This document shows positions 21,967-35,229 of a stretch of 64,000 bases of DNA, in pieces. This DNA is from Bacteroidota bacterium. Lineage in GTDB: Bacteria; Bacteroidota; Bacteroidia; AKYH767-A; OLB10. Location of the stretch: the NCBI GenBank assembly GCA_016714005.1, contig JADJOA010000005.1:167031-231030 (forward strand), in the 5' to 3' direction. How positions within the stretch are numbered: the first letter of the stretch is position 1; the number at the start of each line of letters is the position of its first letter. The position numbers were made by a program, and so were the translations under genes. The notes below the pieces were generated by a model. The model was not told the DNA's origin, searched no databases, and saw only the letters and a program-made list of their open reading frames with translations.

Positions 21967-22248
21967 ATTACTGTAGGGTCAAAATGATTTTAAAAAAAAT
22001 AATAAACGTGTTCCTTTTAATAACGGGGGCATAAATATAAAACATTCTAACAATGGCAAGTTAATAAAATTATTGCCTTAAGCCAAAATAAATTAAGAAA
22101 GTAATGAAAAATCTGTAAAGAGAAATGAGAGGAAGACCGCTTAATGATATTTAAATATTTTAATATAATATTTACAAGTCCAAAATTAAACCCTTTCTAT
22201 CATCCTTTGATTATAAAAATTTTAGTTATTAACAGAATTATAAGCGTG

Positions 22249-23088
22249 TTAAGTCATTAACTCTACAGTAGTTTTTTTTGAATACACATCCCAATTTGAA
22301 AAAGGAATAAAACCTTCTGGTTCTCTTTTAAAAATACCATACAACGCAGAACCACTTCCGCTCATTGCAGCATAAACAGCTCCAGATGCGTAAAGAAAAC
22401 TCTTTATTTCTTTTAGCAAAGGGTATTTTGTAAAAAGTGCTTTCTCAAAATCATTTACAATATAATTCTTCCAGTTTGCAATGTCGCTAACTTTTAGATG
22501 GATTAAATTAAATTGAGGTGGCTTAGGTACAACAAGACTATATGCCTCTTTGGTAGAAATAAAAATATCAGGCTTAACAAGCAATAAATAATATCCTTTT
22601 AAATCAAGGGCAGTGTCATTTAGAATTTCGCCTCTGCCGGTGGCTATTTGAGGAATTGATTTTATAAAGAACGGACAATCGCTGCCAAGCATAGCTGCAT
22701 AATTTAAAAGCGCCTCTGTACTTAAATTGAGTTTAAATTTTTCGTTCAGGATTTTTAAAACCTGCGATGCATCTGACGAACCGCCACCCAAACCTGCTCC
22801 AACCGGTATTTGTTTGTGCAGGTGCATTAACACGGGAGGGAGGTTAAAATCATTATCCAACAGCTGATATGCCTTCACGCAAAGGTTGTTTTGGTTATTT
22901 GCATCGGTTTTTATACCGGTTGAAGTAAATGAGCATTTCTCGTCAATGTCCCGGTTTTTTTCAACAACTTCAATTATATCGTGCAACGGAACAGGATAAA
23001 AAAGAGAATGTAACTCATGATAACCATCAGTTCTTTTAGCAGTTATATGCAAGCCAATATTTATTTTGCAAGGGGCAAATGCAATCAT
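22249..23088 (-). CDS. ispE: 4-(cytidine 5'-diphospho)-2-C-methyl-D-erythritol kinase
   Basis: 279 aa with an N-terminal APCKINIGLHI and the GHMP kinase motif PVGAGLGGGSSDAS. Confidence 0.9.
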   Translation of the reverse strand: MIAFAPCKINIGLHITAKRTDGYHELHSLFYPVPLHDIIEVVEKNRDIDEKCSFTSTGIKTDANNQNNLCVKAYQLLDNDFNLPPVLMHLHKQIPVGAGLGGGSSDASQVLKILNEKFKLNLSTEALLNYAAMLGSDCPFFIKSIPQIATGRGEILNDTALDLKGYYLLLVKPDIFISTKEAYSLVVPKPPQFNLIHLKVSDIANWKNYIVNDFEKALFTKYPLLKEIKSFLYASGAVYAAMSGSGSALYGIFKREPEGFIPFSNWDVYSKKTTVELMT

Positions 23089-23225
23089 GTGATTTTAAAA
23101 CTGCAGCAAGTATATTAAAATGATGTGTTAACATCTTTGTTAAATTCTACTCTATTAAAATTTATCTTATAAAGCATATCTAAATACATTTGTCCGCTTA
23201 ACCACAGCGTAACTAAAACAATAAA

Positions 23226-24088
23226 ATGAAAAAACTTATTCTTGGAGCAAGCATTATTTGCTCTGTATTTTTTTCCTGTAAAGATTACAAACCCGAAGTT
23301 GACCGCTTAAATCTCGAACGCGATTCACTAATAAGATTAGGAGGCACTAAAGACAGCACCGTTAACTCTCTGCTTGGCGATTTTAATGCCATTGATGCCA
23401 GCCTTGACAGTATTAACCAACTGCACACCGCCATTACGCTCGATACCAAGAGCAACCCGGAAATGAATGCCGATGTTAAGGAACGCATCAGAAAAATATT
23501 GAAAACATTAACCGCCTGCTTGAAGAAAACAGCAAACGAATAAGCGAACTTTCGGGCAGGGTAAAAGGCTCTAACGTAAAACTTGCGCAGTTAGAAAAAA
23601 TGATTGCAGGCTTAAATGCAAAAGTTACCGAGCGCGATTCTATGATTGCCGGACTTAATCTTCAGTTAGGCGATGCCAACAAAGCCATTACCGATTTAAA
23701 AATTAATATTGATACGCTAAACGCTGTGGTGGCTGCCAAGAGCCAGACTATTGACGAAAAGGTAAACATGCTGCACACGGCTTATTACACTATGGGTACT
23801 TACAAAGAATTGCGCGATAAAAAAGTACTGAGCAAACAAGGCGGATTCTTAGGTATTGGTAAAAGCCAAACACTCATCAGTGATTTTGATTCCACACAAT
23901 TCACTAAAATTGATATTACGCAACTTAATAGTGTTGCTATTGATAAAAAAGTAGCCACTATTATTACCAACCATCCATCTAATGCATACAGGTTTGATAA
24001 AACAAAAGATAAAGTAGTTGCATTAAATATTACCGACCCTAATAAATTCTGGAGTTCATCTAAATATTTGGTTATAGTAACCAAATAG
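23226..24088 (+). pseudogene. coiled-coil lipoprotein, frameshifted as read
   Basis: ORF 23226-23543 has a lipoprotein signal (LILGASIICSVFFSC). The frame containing 23600-24088 is open back to 23480 (...HQKNIENINRLLEENSKRISELSGRVKGSNVKLAQLEKMIAGL...). The shift lies at about 23480-23490. Confidence 0.6.
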
Positions 24089-24108
24089 CACCTCATTTAT
24101 AATAACTG

Positions 24109-24145
24109 CAAAGCCTCCTTTTCAAAAAGGAGGCTTTGTCATTTT
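24109..24145. terminator. bidirectional rho-independent terminator-like hairpin between convergent genes
   Basis: CAAAGCCTCCTTTT-loop-AAAGGAGGCTTTG, followed by TCATTTT. The reverse strand also has a T-rich tail. Confidence 0.65.
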
Positions 24146-24192
24146 AATAAAACTAAAACGCCTATAGTCAAAGGCATTAAAACTCGGACCTA

Positions 24193-24654
24193 TTAATTAA
24201 ACACCTGCAAAACACTTCCATCAAACGATGTGCGGTATTGCTGTAATGGTCTTGACGATGGACCTTTGGTAACGTTACCATCAAAAATCTGGTACTGGCT
24301 TCCGCAGCAGGTATCAGTCATATTTATGTTATTGCCATCAACTGTCACTCCCGGGCAATTATTATCGGGGTCGTAAGTACAGGTGCGCTCATACGCCAAA
24401 AACTCATCCTGCGTCCTCCTGTAAACCACTATTCCTTTACATCCGCCACCAATGTATGTCCAACCGCCTATGGCGTTAAGGTTAATAAATGTTGGCTCGG
24501 TAGTATATATACTGTAATTTACATAACCACACTCAGGAGTGCCACTGTCCTTTTTGCACGAGGTAAAAAAAGTAAACAAACCAATGGTAATAAAAAAGGG
24601 TAAACTAACGTTTAATACTGGCTTTGCCCACTTACATTTGTTTTTCGGTATCAT
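24193..24654 (-). CDS. hypothetical lipoprotein, Rieske-fold-like cysteine-rich domain
   Basis: 153-aa intact ORF with a lipoprotein signal (FFITIGLFTFFTSC). The C-terminal pattern YERTCTYDP...DTCCGSQYQIFDG...GP resembles a Rieske-like fold without the His ligands. Confidence 0.35.
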   Translation of the reverse strand: MIPKNKCKWAKPVLNVSLPFFITIGLFTFFTSCKKDSGTPECGYVNYSIYTTEPTFINLNAIGGWTYIGGGCKGIVVYRRTQDEFLAYERTCTYDPDNNCPGVTVDGNNINMTDTCCGSQYQIFDGNVTKGPSSRPLQQYRTSFDGSVLQVFN

Positions 24655-24678
24655 GCTTCAAAATTATTAAAATCAATA

Positions 24679-24948
24679 ATGTATTCCTTTAAACGCTTGT
24701 TTGCAGTTTTATTTTGTGTATTGTTACTACAAACAGCCCATCATTCATTTGCACAAACCGATGGAGGTGGCAAATCATCAAAACAACAGCGCGCTGCTGA
24801 AAAAAAGCAAGCTAAAGACCTAAAAAAACAAAAGAAGGCATACGAAAAATTAGTGAAGAAGCACGTTAAACTTCAGAAAAAAGAAGTGCAGAAGCGCATG
24901 AAAAAAAACAAAAAGAAAAGCCGAAAAAATACCTACAGGAGAAAATAA
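24679..24948 (+). CDS. small secreted lysine-rich protein
   Basis: 89-aa ORF with a signal peptide (LFAVLFCVLLLQTAHHSFAQ), followed by a highly basic K-rich tail. Confidence 0.4.
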   Translation: MYSFKRLFAVLFCVLLLQTAHHSFAQTDGGGKSSKQQRAAEKKQAKDLKKQKKAYEKLVKKHVKLQKKEVQKRMKKNKKKSRKNTYRRK

Positions 24949-24951
24949 TTC

Positions 24952-25372
24952 TTAAGCAGTTTTACTGCCTGCACCAAACCTGCCTCCCAAATACGCCATT
25001 GGAATATAAGCTGCTAGTATATCCAATACATTAAACCACATAGGCGCGGGCAACATCATTACATTCATAATACCTCCTGCTAAAAACAAAATGCCTATAA
25101 CCATAGCAACACGCGTTTTATTATTGGCTGCAAGCTTAGCCGTAACAAAAGCGCCCACCAATGTGCCAAGCGCATGTGCTAAAAAAAGGAAAAATAAAAT
25201 GCTTTGCTCCAAACAAGTGTATAGATGCCTTTAAACCTTCGTAATTGGTAACATCGGCACCGGCAGGTGGGGGTATTATGTAACCGCTTAGCATTATTAT
25301 ACACATGTTAACCAAACTGCCTACTGCCGCACCAACAATAATGGCAAGTATGTTTTTAAGTACAGGATTCAT
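24952..25372 (-). pseudogene. small membrane protein (about 4 TM), frameshifted as read
   Basis: ORFs 25136-25372 and 24952-25212 join as ...KASIHLFGAKHFIFPFLAHALGTLVGAFVTAKL... with a shift near 25190-25210. Confidence 0.5.
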
Positions 25373-25493
25373 AGCTTTAAATTATTAAAAAACAGTATAA
25401 TTTTATTGCACGAATATAAATACAAAAACATGCCTTGCAATTTTACACAGCGCTTAAAGTGTTATTTTGGTACATCTTAAAAAATTGTTGCCG

Positions 25494-25940
25494 ATGAATG
25501 TTTATACCTCCAATAACAAAGATTATTTAATAACTACCGACAAGAGCTTTCTTGATATAAACTTTATACACCAATATCTTTCGCAAGAATCGTACTGGGC
25601 AAATGGCATTTCGATGGATGTGGTAAAATGCGCAATAGAAAACTCGCTTACTTATGGCGTTTATCACGGCTAACGGCAGGTAGGCTATGCCAAAGTAGTA
25701 ACCGATTTTGCATCGGTAGCATATATTGGCGATGTATTTATTACACCATCTCACCGTGGCAAAGGATTATCCGTTTGGCTAATGGAAACAATTATTGCAC
25801 ATCCGCAAATGCAGAATTTACGCAGATGGGTACTAGCCACAAAAGATGCTCACAAACTTTACGAAAAAACCGGATTTAAACCTCTTGCAAAACCCGAAAG
25901 GTGGATGGAACGCCATCGCGAAGACGCATACCTCCATTAA
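25494..25940 (+). pseudogene. GNAT-family N-acetyltransferase, frameshifted as read
   Basis: The N-terminal piece (MNVYTSNNKDYLITTDKSFLDINFIHQYL...YGVYHG*) and a second frame (QVGYAKVVTDFASVAYIGDVFITPSHRGKGLSVWLMETI...KLYEKTGFKPL) carry the GNAT motif A RGKGLS. The shift is near 25668. Confidence 0.75.
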
Positions 25941-25951
25941 CTTTACAGCTT

Positions 25952-26695
25952 TTACGATCTTCCTTCTTCCTTCAGCAACCCCGTATAATGCTTTAACGAA
26001 CGCAGCACAACAGTAATTACCACGGCAACTATAAGTGCCCAAAACCACTCACCGCTTATTTTAAAAGTATTATAAGTAAAATACTGCTGCAGCAAGTGTA
26101 CAAACACAAAACCTATAACAGTTGCCAGCCAGCCGCTGTACTCGCGCCTCAATACACTAATCATAGAAAAAGGGACCAATGGCTTAACAAACTTACCCAA
26201 TGCCGGAATAAAAGCAGGCGCCTTCAAGCTCCAGTCTAAATACTGCTGCCCGAATTTCTTCTCTAAAAACCGCTCTTCGGCAAACATAATGCGCTCGTAA
26301 TAAATCCAGTAAAGCAAACTCACTATAATCACAAAAGCGGCATTAAGCGTAAAAATTACTATGCCTATCCACATCAAATAATTACCTAAGTATAACGGAT
26401 GCCTCACCATCGAATAAATGCCTGTAGAGTTCAAAACCTCCGCCACCTGCTCCTCCGTATTACGTCCAGATGTACCCTTTGGTGTAGTCCCTATAGTATA
26501 TGCCCTTACAATAGCTCCTAAAAAAGAAACCGCAATAGCTACCATGCCTATCAACCTGGCCTTAGGCGGATAAATAATTGCATAGTCGCTGTAATAAACT
26601 GCCGGTATTGCAAGTAAAAAAAGCACCACAGGTATCTGCCCGCGTCTTTTAAACAACCAGTTGCCTTCCTCTTCTAACGAATGTATTAATGCCAT
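25952..26695 (-). CDS. isoprenylcysteine carboxyl methyltransferase (ICMT/PEMT)-family membrane protein
   Basis: 247-aa intact polytopic ORF containing GIYSMVRHPLYLGNYLMWIG and ...ERIMFAEERFLEKKFGQQY, typical of the ICMT family. Confidence 0.6.
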   Translation of the reverse strand: MALIHSLEEEGNWLFKRRGQIPVVLFLLAIPAVYYSDYAIIYPPKARLIGMVAIAVSFLGAIVRAYTIGTTPKGTSGRNTEEQVAEVLNSTGIYSMVRHPLYLGNYLMWIGIVIFTLNAAFVIIVSLLYWIYYERIMFAEERFLEKKFGQQYLDWSLKAPAFIPALGKFVKPLVPFSMISVLRREYSGWLATVIGFVFVHLLQQYFTYNTFKISGEWFWALIVAVVITVVLRSLKHYTGLLKEEGRS

Positions 26696-26896
26696 AATTA
26701 ACGCACAAAAGTAATTTTGTAATTGTAATAGCGAATCTTTGCTTCAAAAAACTTAACCCTAACTCTTTAAACTCAATTTAGTATCTTAAATCTTAACTAC
26801 TAACATTTTAATTTTGACTTTCTTCTGTTGATACTTGGTACTTTGTACTTTTTTTATAGGTTTGAGCAATCAATAAATTTTTCAAGCAATTTTAAA

Positions 26897-29740
<2,844 letters not shown>

Positions 29741-29748
<8 letters not shown>

Positions 29749-30667
29749 TTCTTAAGCCATATAGTGAAAGAAGCAGCATGCAAAATGAGAATTGTTTTAT
29801 TCGGTTTATTCCTCTGAACTTTGCTTTAGAATATTGCCAGCATCCTCCGGCTATAGCATACATTTGTGGCAATTCATTTATAGTACTTTGAATAGCATTC
29901 TGAGATTGTAATTGCTGTTTTTTAAGGTTACTTTTTATCAAGTACTTTAACAAGGGAGTTATGATAAAGAACAGAATAATAACTCCTGCAATGGTTCTTA
30001 ACATTATATAGAGTGTTGATGAGTTGTTAAACACCAATATGCCCAGCAAAACAATTGAAATAAACAGAACTATGTAAACAGTCTTTCCTTTTCTGGTTTT
30101 GTCTTGCATTCTTAATGGCTTAACATAATTATTAACGTAAGCAGACATGTCAGACAGCAACTTTTTATTGCTGAATTCATTTAGTTTTTTGGGTAAGGCA
30201 GACAAGTAAAATCCCAATATCAATCCCCATAAAATATAGACAAACAAATAGATTATGACAAGTGTAAAGCTGCCATTTTCAGCAGCAGAACCGAAGATTT
30301 TGGCAACGTCATTTAAAAAACTGTTTATGGCATCCCAAAAGGCTTTACCAAACAGAATTGTCAGTGTTAATAGTTTTTGAAGAGCTGACTCGATCATGGC
30401 TATTGTGGCAAATATCAAGGAAGCTGTTCGGAAGTTTGAAACTAATTTATAACAAATAGCCCCAAATATTCCCTGGAAAAATACCGCTATATAAGCACCA
30501 ATAGGTGATTGAGGGCTGACCATAAACTTAACAGCTAAAACCAATAAGGTTGCCTGTATAATTTCTTTAAAATTTCTTTGGCTGAATTCTACAATTAAAC
30601 CGATTAGAATTACAGCAAAACCACCCACAAAAATGCCGGTAAAAGGGATTTTAAAAGCGTGCATCAA
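29741..30667 (-). CDS. hypothetical polytopic membrane protein
   Basis: 308-aa ORF with about 8 TM helices. The frame stays open upstream (VRNLTILWAFNECALGGL), and the true start may lie near 30750 behind another indel. Confidence 0.4.
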
Positions 30668-31047
30668 ACCGCCAAGAGCACACTCGTTAAATGCCCATAA
30701 TATGGTGAGGTTCCTTACTGGTGAGTGATTTTAGTTATCATTAGCTATTTGTAATCTGTTGACTGCCAGATCGTCCAATATCGATTGTTCTATAATTAAC
30801 ATTATGTTAAGTTGCTTTGAATTAAACTAATATTTCTTTCTCCCATAGAAAACAAGCCATTAAATCTTCTATAAACTCTATCCTTTTATCCAACCTTCTT
30901 TGTTCGTTTTAAGCATTGCCTTTTTCTACATTCATTTCAGCCCTTCTCGAAAATTATTTCCAACAAATAACATCAGAAATTTTTATTTTTTCTAAGGACT
31001 TTCTCCCCATTGCCTTAGTTTGTTTAATCAATATTAAAAGATTTAAA

Positions 31048-33499
31048 ATGTTAACACGCTTACTGGCTTCTGCTTTATGCAGTTTATTGTGCTTAAGTTC
31101 TTATGCACAAAAGTTTTCTGTTTATGGACAAATTCTAAATGGTAATAACCTCCCCTCTTGAGAGTGCCTCCATAGAATTAAAAGGTGCCTCATCTGAGTT
31201 TACGACTATATCAGATAACGAAGGAAACTATCGCTTTAACAATATAGATGCCGGCAACTATACACTAACTGTTGCACACATTGGGTATAAAACGCAAAAC
31301 AGAAAGTTTAATCTAGCCGAATCGAGAAAGGAATCATTTCAACTTAACATAATATCTTATCAAAAGGACGAAGTGATTGTAATCTCTACCCGCAATAATC
31401 AAAAGACAGGTTTAAACTATGGTGTGGTTAAAAATTCGGATTTCGAAAAGGAAAATAACGGCAAGGATATGCCCTATTTACTCAACACTCAACCCTCGGT
31501 AGTTGTAACGAGTGACGCAGGTAACGGAATTGGCTATACAGGCATTAGAATAAGAGGCACTGACCCATCGCGCATTAATGTTACCATAAATGGCATCCCT
31601 ATAAATGACGCTGAAAGTCAAAATTTGTATTGGGTGGACATGCCTGATTTGGCTTCGTCTGTTGAAGATATTCAGATACAAAGAGGCGTTGGTACCTCTT
31701 CAAATGGTACAGCTACTTTTGGAGGAAGCATCAACATTAAAACAAACACTATTTCAGCTGAACCTTATGGTAGCAGTACGTTGTCTTACGGTTCTTTTAA
31801 TACCATTAAAAACAATATTGCCGCAGGAAGCGGGCTTTTAAATAATCATTGGTTTATAGATACGCGCTTGTCACGCATAAAGTCTGATGGGTATGTGGAC
31901 CGAGCCTCTTCTAATTTAAAGTCGTATTATGTTTCGGGAGGATTTACAAGTGATAAAACATTAATAAAAGTATTGTTTTTTCGGGCAAAGAGATTACCTA
32001 CCAGAGTTGGAATGGTGTACCCGAATCAAGAATTAATAATGATGTGGTTGGGATGAATGACTTTATAGGCAGAAACGGATTAGATGAGGAAGATGCTAAA
32101 AACCTCACCGAGTCAGGCAGGACTTATAACTATTACCTTTACGCTAACCAGGTTGATGATTACCTGCAGGATAATTACCAGTTGCACCTTTCTCAAAAAA
32201 TTACGCCTTATTTAACTTTTAACAACGCATGGCACTATACTAAAGGAAGCGGCTTTTACGAAGAATTTAAAAAACAACAGTATTTGGGTGATTACGGTAT
32301 TGCTGATGTTGTTGCTGGAAATGATACAATTAAAGCTGCCGATTTAATAAGAAGAAAATGGCTCGATAATGATTTTTACGGAACAACTTTTTCTTTTAAC
32401 TACGAAAAAAATAAACTGCAACTTATAGCCGGTGGTGCGTGGAATAAATATGATGGTGATCATTTAGGGAAAGTAACCTGGTTACAGTATGCTAGCAACG
32501 TACCTGCAGATTATGAGTACTATAACGATAATGCCGTTAAAACAGATTTCAACTCTTACATAAAATCTGTTTATGATGTTACTGCTAAACTTTTTGTCTT
32601 TGCTGATTTACAATTAAGAAGTGTAAACTATAGATTCATAGGTTACGATAGAGATGGAAACACCCTTCCGTCCGAGGAATTGTTATACTTCTTTAACCCT
32701 AAGGCAGGTGTTACCTTTAAAAAGAAATGAAAATGAAACAGCGTATGTAACTTTTGCAGTGGCAAACAGAGAGCCTTCAAGAGATGACTATGTTGATTCA
32801 TCGCCACTGAGCAGACCGCAGCATGAAACGCTTTATGACTTTGAGGCAGGTTATCAGTTAAAAGGTAAAAAGCTTTTTGCAGGAATTAATTTTTATTGGA
32901 TGCAGTATTACAACCAACTTGTTTTAACAGGTGCTGTAAACGATGTTGGCAATTACACCCGCACCAACATTAAGGAGAGTTTCCGCAGAGGTGTTGAACT
33001 GATGGCTGCTTATAACCCAATAAAGAAATTTGAAATGAAAGGAAACATAACGTTAAGCGAAAATAAGATGGAGAATTTTTCAGAATACCTGTATAACTAT
33101 GATACTTATACGGAAGACAAAATCACTTACCAAAATTCTGATATAGCCTTCTCCCCTGCTGTTACCGGAAGTTTAACGCTGACCTTCTCTCTGGTTAAAG
33201 ATTTTAAAATTAGCACGGTAAGTAAATATGTTGGCGAACAGTATTTAGATAACACTTCAAACAGCAAGAGAAAGTTAGATGCCTACTTTGTAAACGACTT
33301 AAACTTTAACTACTCCATAAGGACAAAATGGGTAAAACAAATTGACGTGGGTTTGTTTGTTTACAATTTGTTTGATGAGGTATATGAAAGCAACGGCTAC
33401 ACGTACGGTTACATTTCAGGACAAGAAAGAATAGACGAAAACTTTTACTACCCACAGGCGGGAACTCATTTTATGGGAATGGTGAAGATTAGTTTTTAG
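31048..33499 (+). pseudogene. TonB-dependent receptor (carboxypeptidase-regulatory-like N-domain + plug + barrel), three frameshifts as read
   Basis: Signal peptide MLTRLLASALCSLLCLSSYAQ. CarbopepD_reg-like DNEGNYRFNNIDAGNYTLTV. Plug motifs IRIRGTDPSRINVTINGIPINDAESQ. Terminal ...GTHFMGMVKISF. Indels lie in the C-run at about 31160, the T-run at about 31975 and the A-run at about 32722. Confidence 0.85.
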
Positions 33500-33509
33500 C
33501 CAATGTCAG

Positions 33510-34178
33510 CTATATCACTTTATCTTTTTTAGAATGCTTTAAAACTTTTGCCTCTATATAAAGATAATCTCTTCGGCAATGTTTTTACATTGGTCACCTA
33601 CTCTTTCTAATTTGCGTATGGCAGAGAGTACATAAAGGCTTTGGTTAATGCGGTCGGTATTGGCTTTTATAAACTCGGCAACGGCAGTGTTAGCGTTTAT
33701 GTTAATCTCGTCTAATATTTCATCCTTTTTAAAACTGTACGTGCTATAGATGTGTCTTCCTTTTCAAAAGCAGTCATTACATCCTTCAGCATTTCTATGC
33801 CGGTATCATACATTTCTTTTATGCGCGTGTTGGCAACCAACTGTTGTGCAGGTTCTAATTTTATGTTCAGCACAAATTTGGCTATTCCATCGGCAATATC
33901 GCCTGTACGTTCCAAGTTGTTATTTATTTTAAGGCAGGCAAGCACGAAACGCAAATCCATTGCAACCGGATTAAATAGTGCAATAATGTTTTCGCAATCG
34001 CGGTCGAGTTTTAATTCAAATGAGTTAACACGTTTTCGTTTACAATTACCTCTCGCGCCAAATCTTTATCAAGCGCAATTAATGCTTGTTTAGATTTTTC
34101 CAATTGCGATTGCACTAATTGAAAAAGCTCTATTACATCTTTGCGCAGTTTTTGTAATTCTATTTCTAAATGAGACAT
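33510..34178 (-). pseudogene. phoU: phosphate signalling complex protein PhoU, at least three frameshifts as read
   Basis: Pieces read MSHLEIELQKLRKDVIELFQLVQSQLEKSKQALIALDKDLAREVI..., ...MDLRFVLACLKINNNLERTGDIADGIAKF..., ...RKLERVGDQCKNIAEEIIF(Y)IEAKVLKH... These are the two PhoU repeats. Confidence 0.8.
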
Positions 34179-34181
34179 TTT

Positions 34182-34223
34182 GATTTATGATTTTGGAATT
34201 GGGATTTTGGATTTTGGATTTTG
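34182..34223. repeat. heptanucleotide tandem repeat (GATTTTG)n, 6 units (3 perfect and consecutive)
   Basis: The sequence gatttat gattttg gaattgg gattttg gattttg gattttg begins 4 nt from the phoU start codon at 34178 (CCAAAAT repeats on the coding strand). Confidence 0.8.
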
Positions 34224-34304
34224 GGACTTCTCATTAAAGATTTATAGATAGAGATCTAGTTTCTGTTAAATCCGAAATTACCAATCTCTAATCCAACATC
34301 TTTT

Positions 34305-35204
34305 TTATCCAAACCTTCCGGTTATATAATTCTGAGTGCGGACATCGGCTGGGTTCGTAAATATCTTTTTGGTGTCGTCAAATTCAACTAATTCGCCAAG
34401 GTAAAAGAATGCAGTACGATCGCTCACGCGCCCTGCCTGCTGCATGTTATGTGTAACTATTACAATTGTGTAAAGTGATTTGAGTTCGTAAATTAACTCT
34501 TCAATTTTTGCTGTGGAAATAGGATCAAGTGCAGATGCAGGCTCATCCATTAAAAGTATAGATGGTTCAATAGCCAGCGCACGGGCTATGCACAAACGTT
34601 GCTGCTGCCCGCCCGAAAGTTCAAATGCCGATTTTTTAAGTTTATCTTTTACTTCTTCCCATAAGGCGGCTTGTTTTAAACTGCGCTCTACTCTTTCTTC
34701 AATAAATTTTTTGTGTGTAATGCCATTCACGCGTAAACCATAAGCAACGTTTTCAAAAATTGATTTAGGAAAAGGATTGGGTTTTTGAAAAACCATTCCT
34801 ACACGTTTGCGCAGTTCATCAATATTTAAATCGCGTGAGTTGTATATATCTTTTGAATCAATTAAAATATTGCCTTCAATTTTAACACCTTCAATTAAAT
34901 CGTTCATGCGGTTGAGTGTGCGCAGAAACGTTGATTTACCACAACCTGAAGGGCCGATAAAAGCGGTAACAGTGTTTTGCAACATTGCCATGCTTATGCC
35001 TTTAAGGGCATGAAAATCGCCATAGTAAAGGTGAAGGTTTTTGCTTTCTAATTTGGTCACAGATGTTTTGTTTGACGGTGTATAATTTGCCGATGGCTCA
35101 AATTTAATTTCTTTATTCAATTTTAAATCTTTCGTATCAATCGCATTAATTACCTTTTCTTCAGGAGATGAACTCATATTATTATTTTTCGATTCATAAT
35201 TCAT
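34305..35204 (-). CDS. pstB: phosphate ABC transporter ATP-binding protein
   Basis: Walker [10 protein letters not shown], signature [14 protein letters not shown], Walker [12 protein letters not shown]. The first ~10 codons overlap an intergenic repeat motif, so the true start may be the internal ATG (MSSSPEEK). Confidence 0.95.
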   Translation of the reverse strand: MNYESKNNNMSSSPEEKVINAIDTKDLKLNKEIKFEPSANYTPSNKTSVTKLESKNLHLYYGDFHALKGISMAMLQNTVTAFIGPSGCGKSTFLRTLNRMNDLIEGVKIEGNILIDSKDIYNSRDLNIDELRKRVGMVFQKPNPFPKSIFENVAYGLRVNGITHKKFIEERVERSLKQAALWEEVKDKLKKSAFELSGGQQQRLCIARALAIEPSILLMDEPASALDPISTAKIEELIYELKSLYTIVIVTHNMQQAGRVSDRTAFFYLGELVEFDDTKKIFTNPADVRTQNYITGRFG

Positions 35205-35229
35205 AACTCATCATTGATCATTACACTTA

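Noticed and set aside
30780-31047. Possible riboswitch (cobalamin or TPP) upstream of the TonB-dependent receptor
   Set aside because: I found none of the conserved cores (such as the B12 box or the TPP CUGAGA/ACCUGA elements) by eye. The region is simply A+T-rich leader or promoter sequence. An Infernal search would be the definitive test.
34182-34223. Possible CRISPR or phase-variation array
   Set aside because: The units are 7 nt with no spacers, so this is a microsatellite and not a CRISPR array. No cas genes or 25-40-nt repeat-spacer periodicity was seen anywhere in the window.
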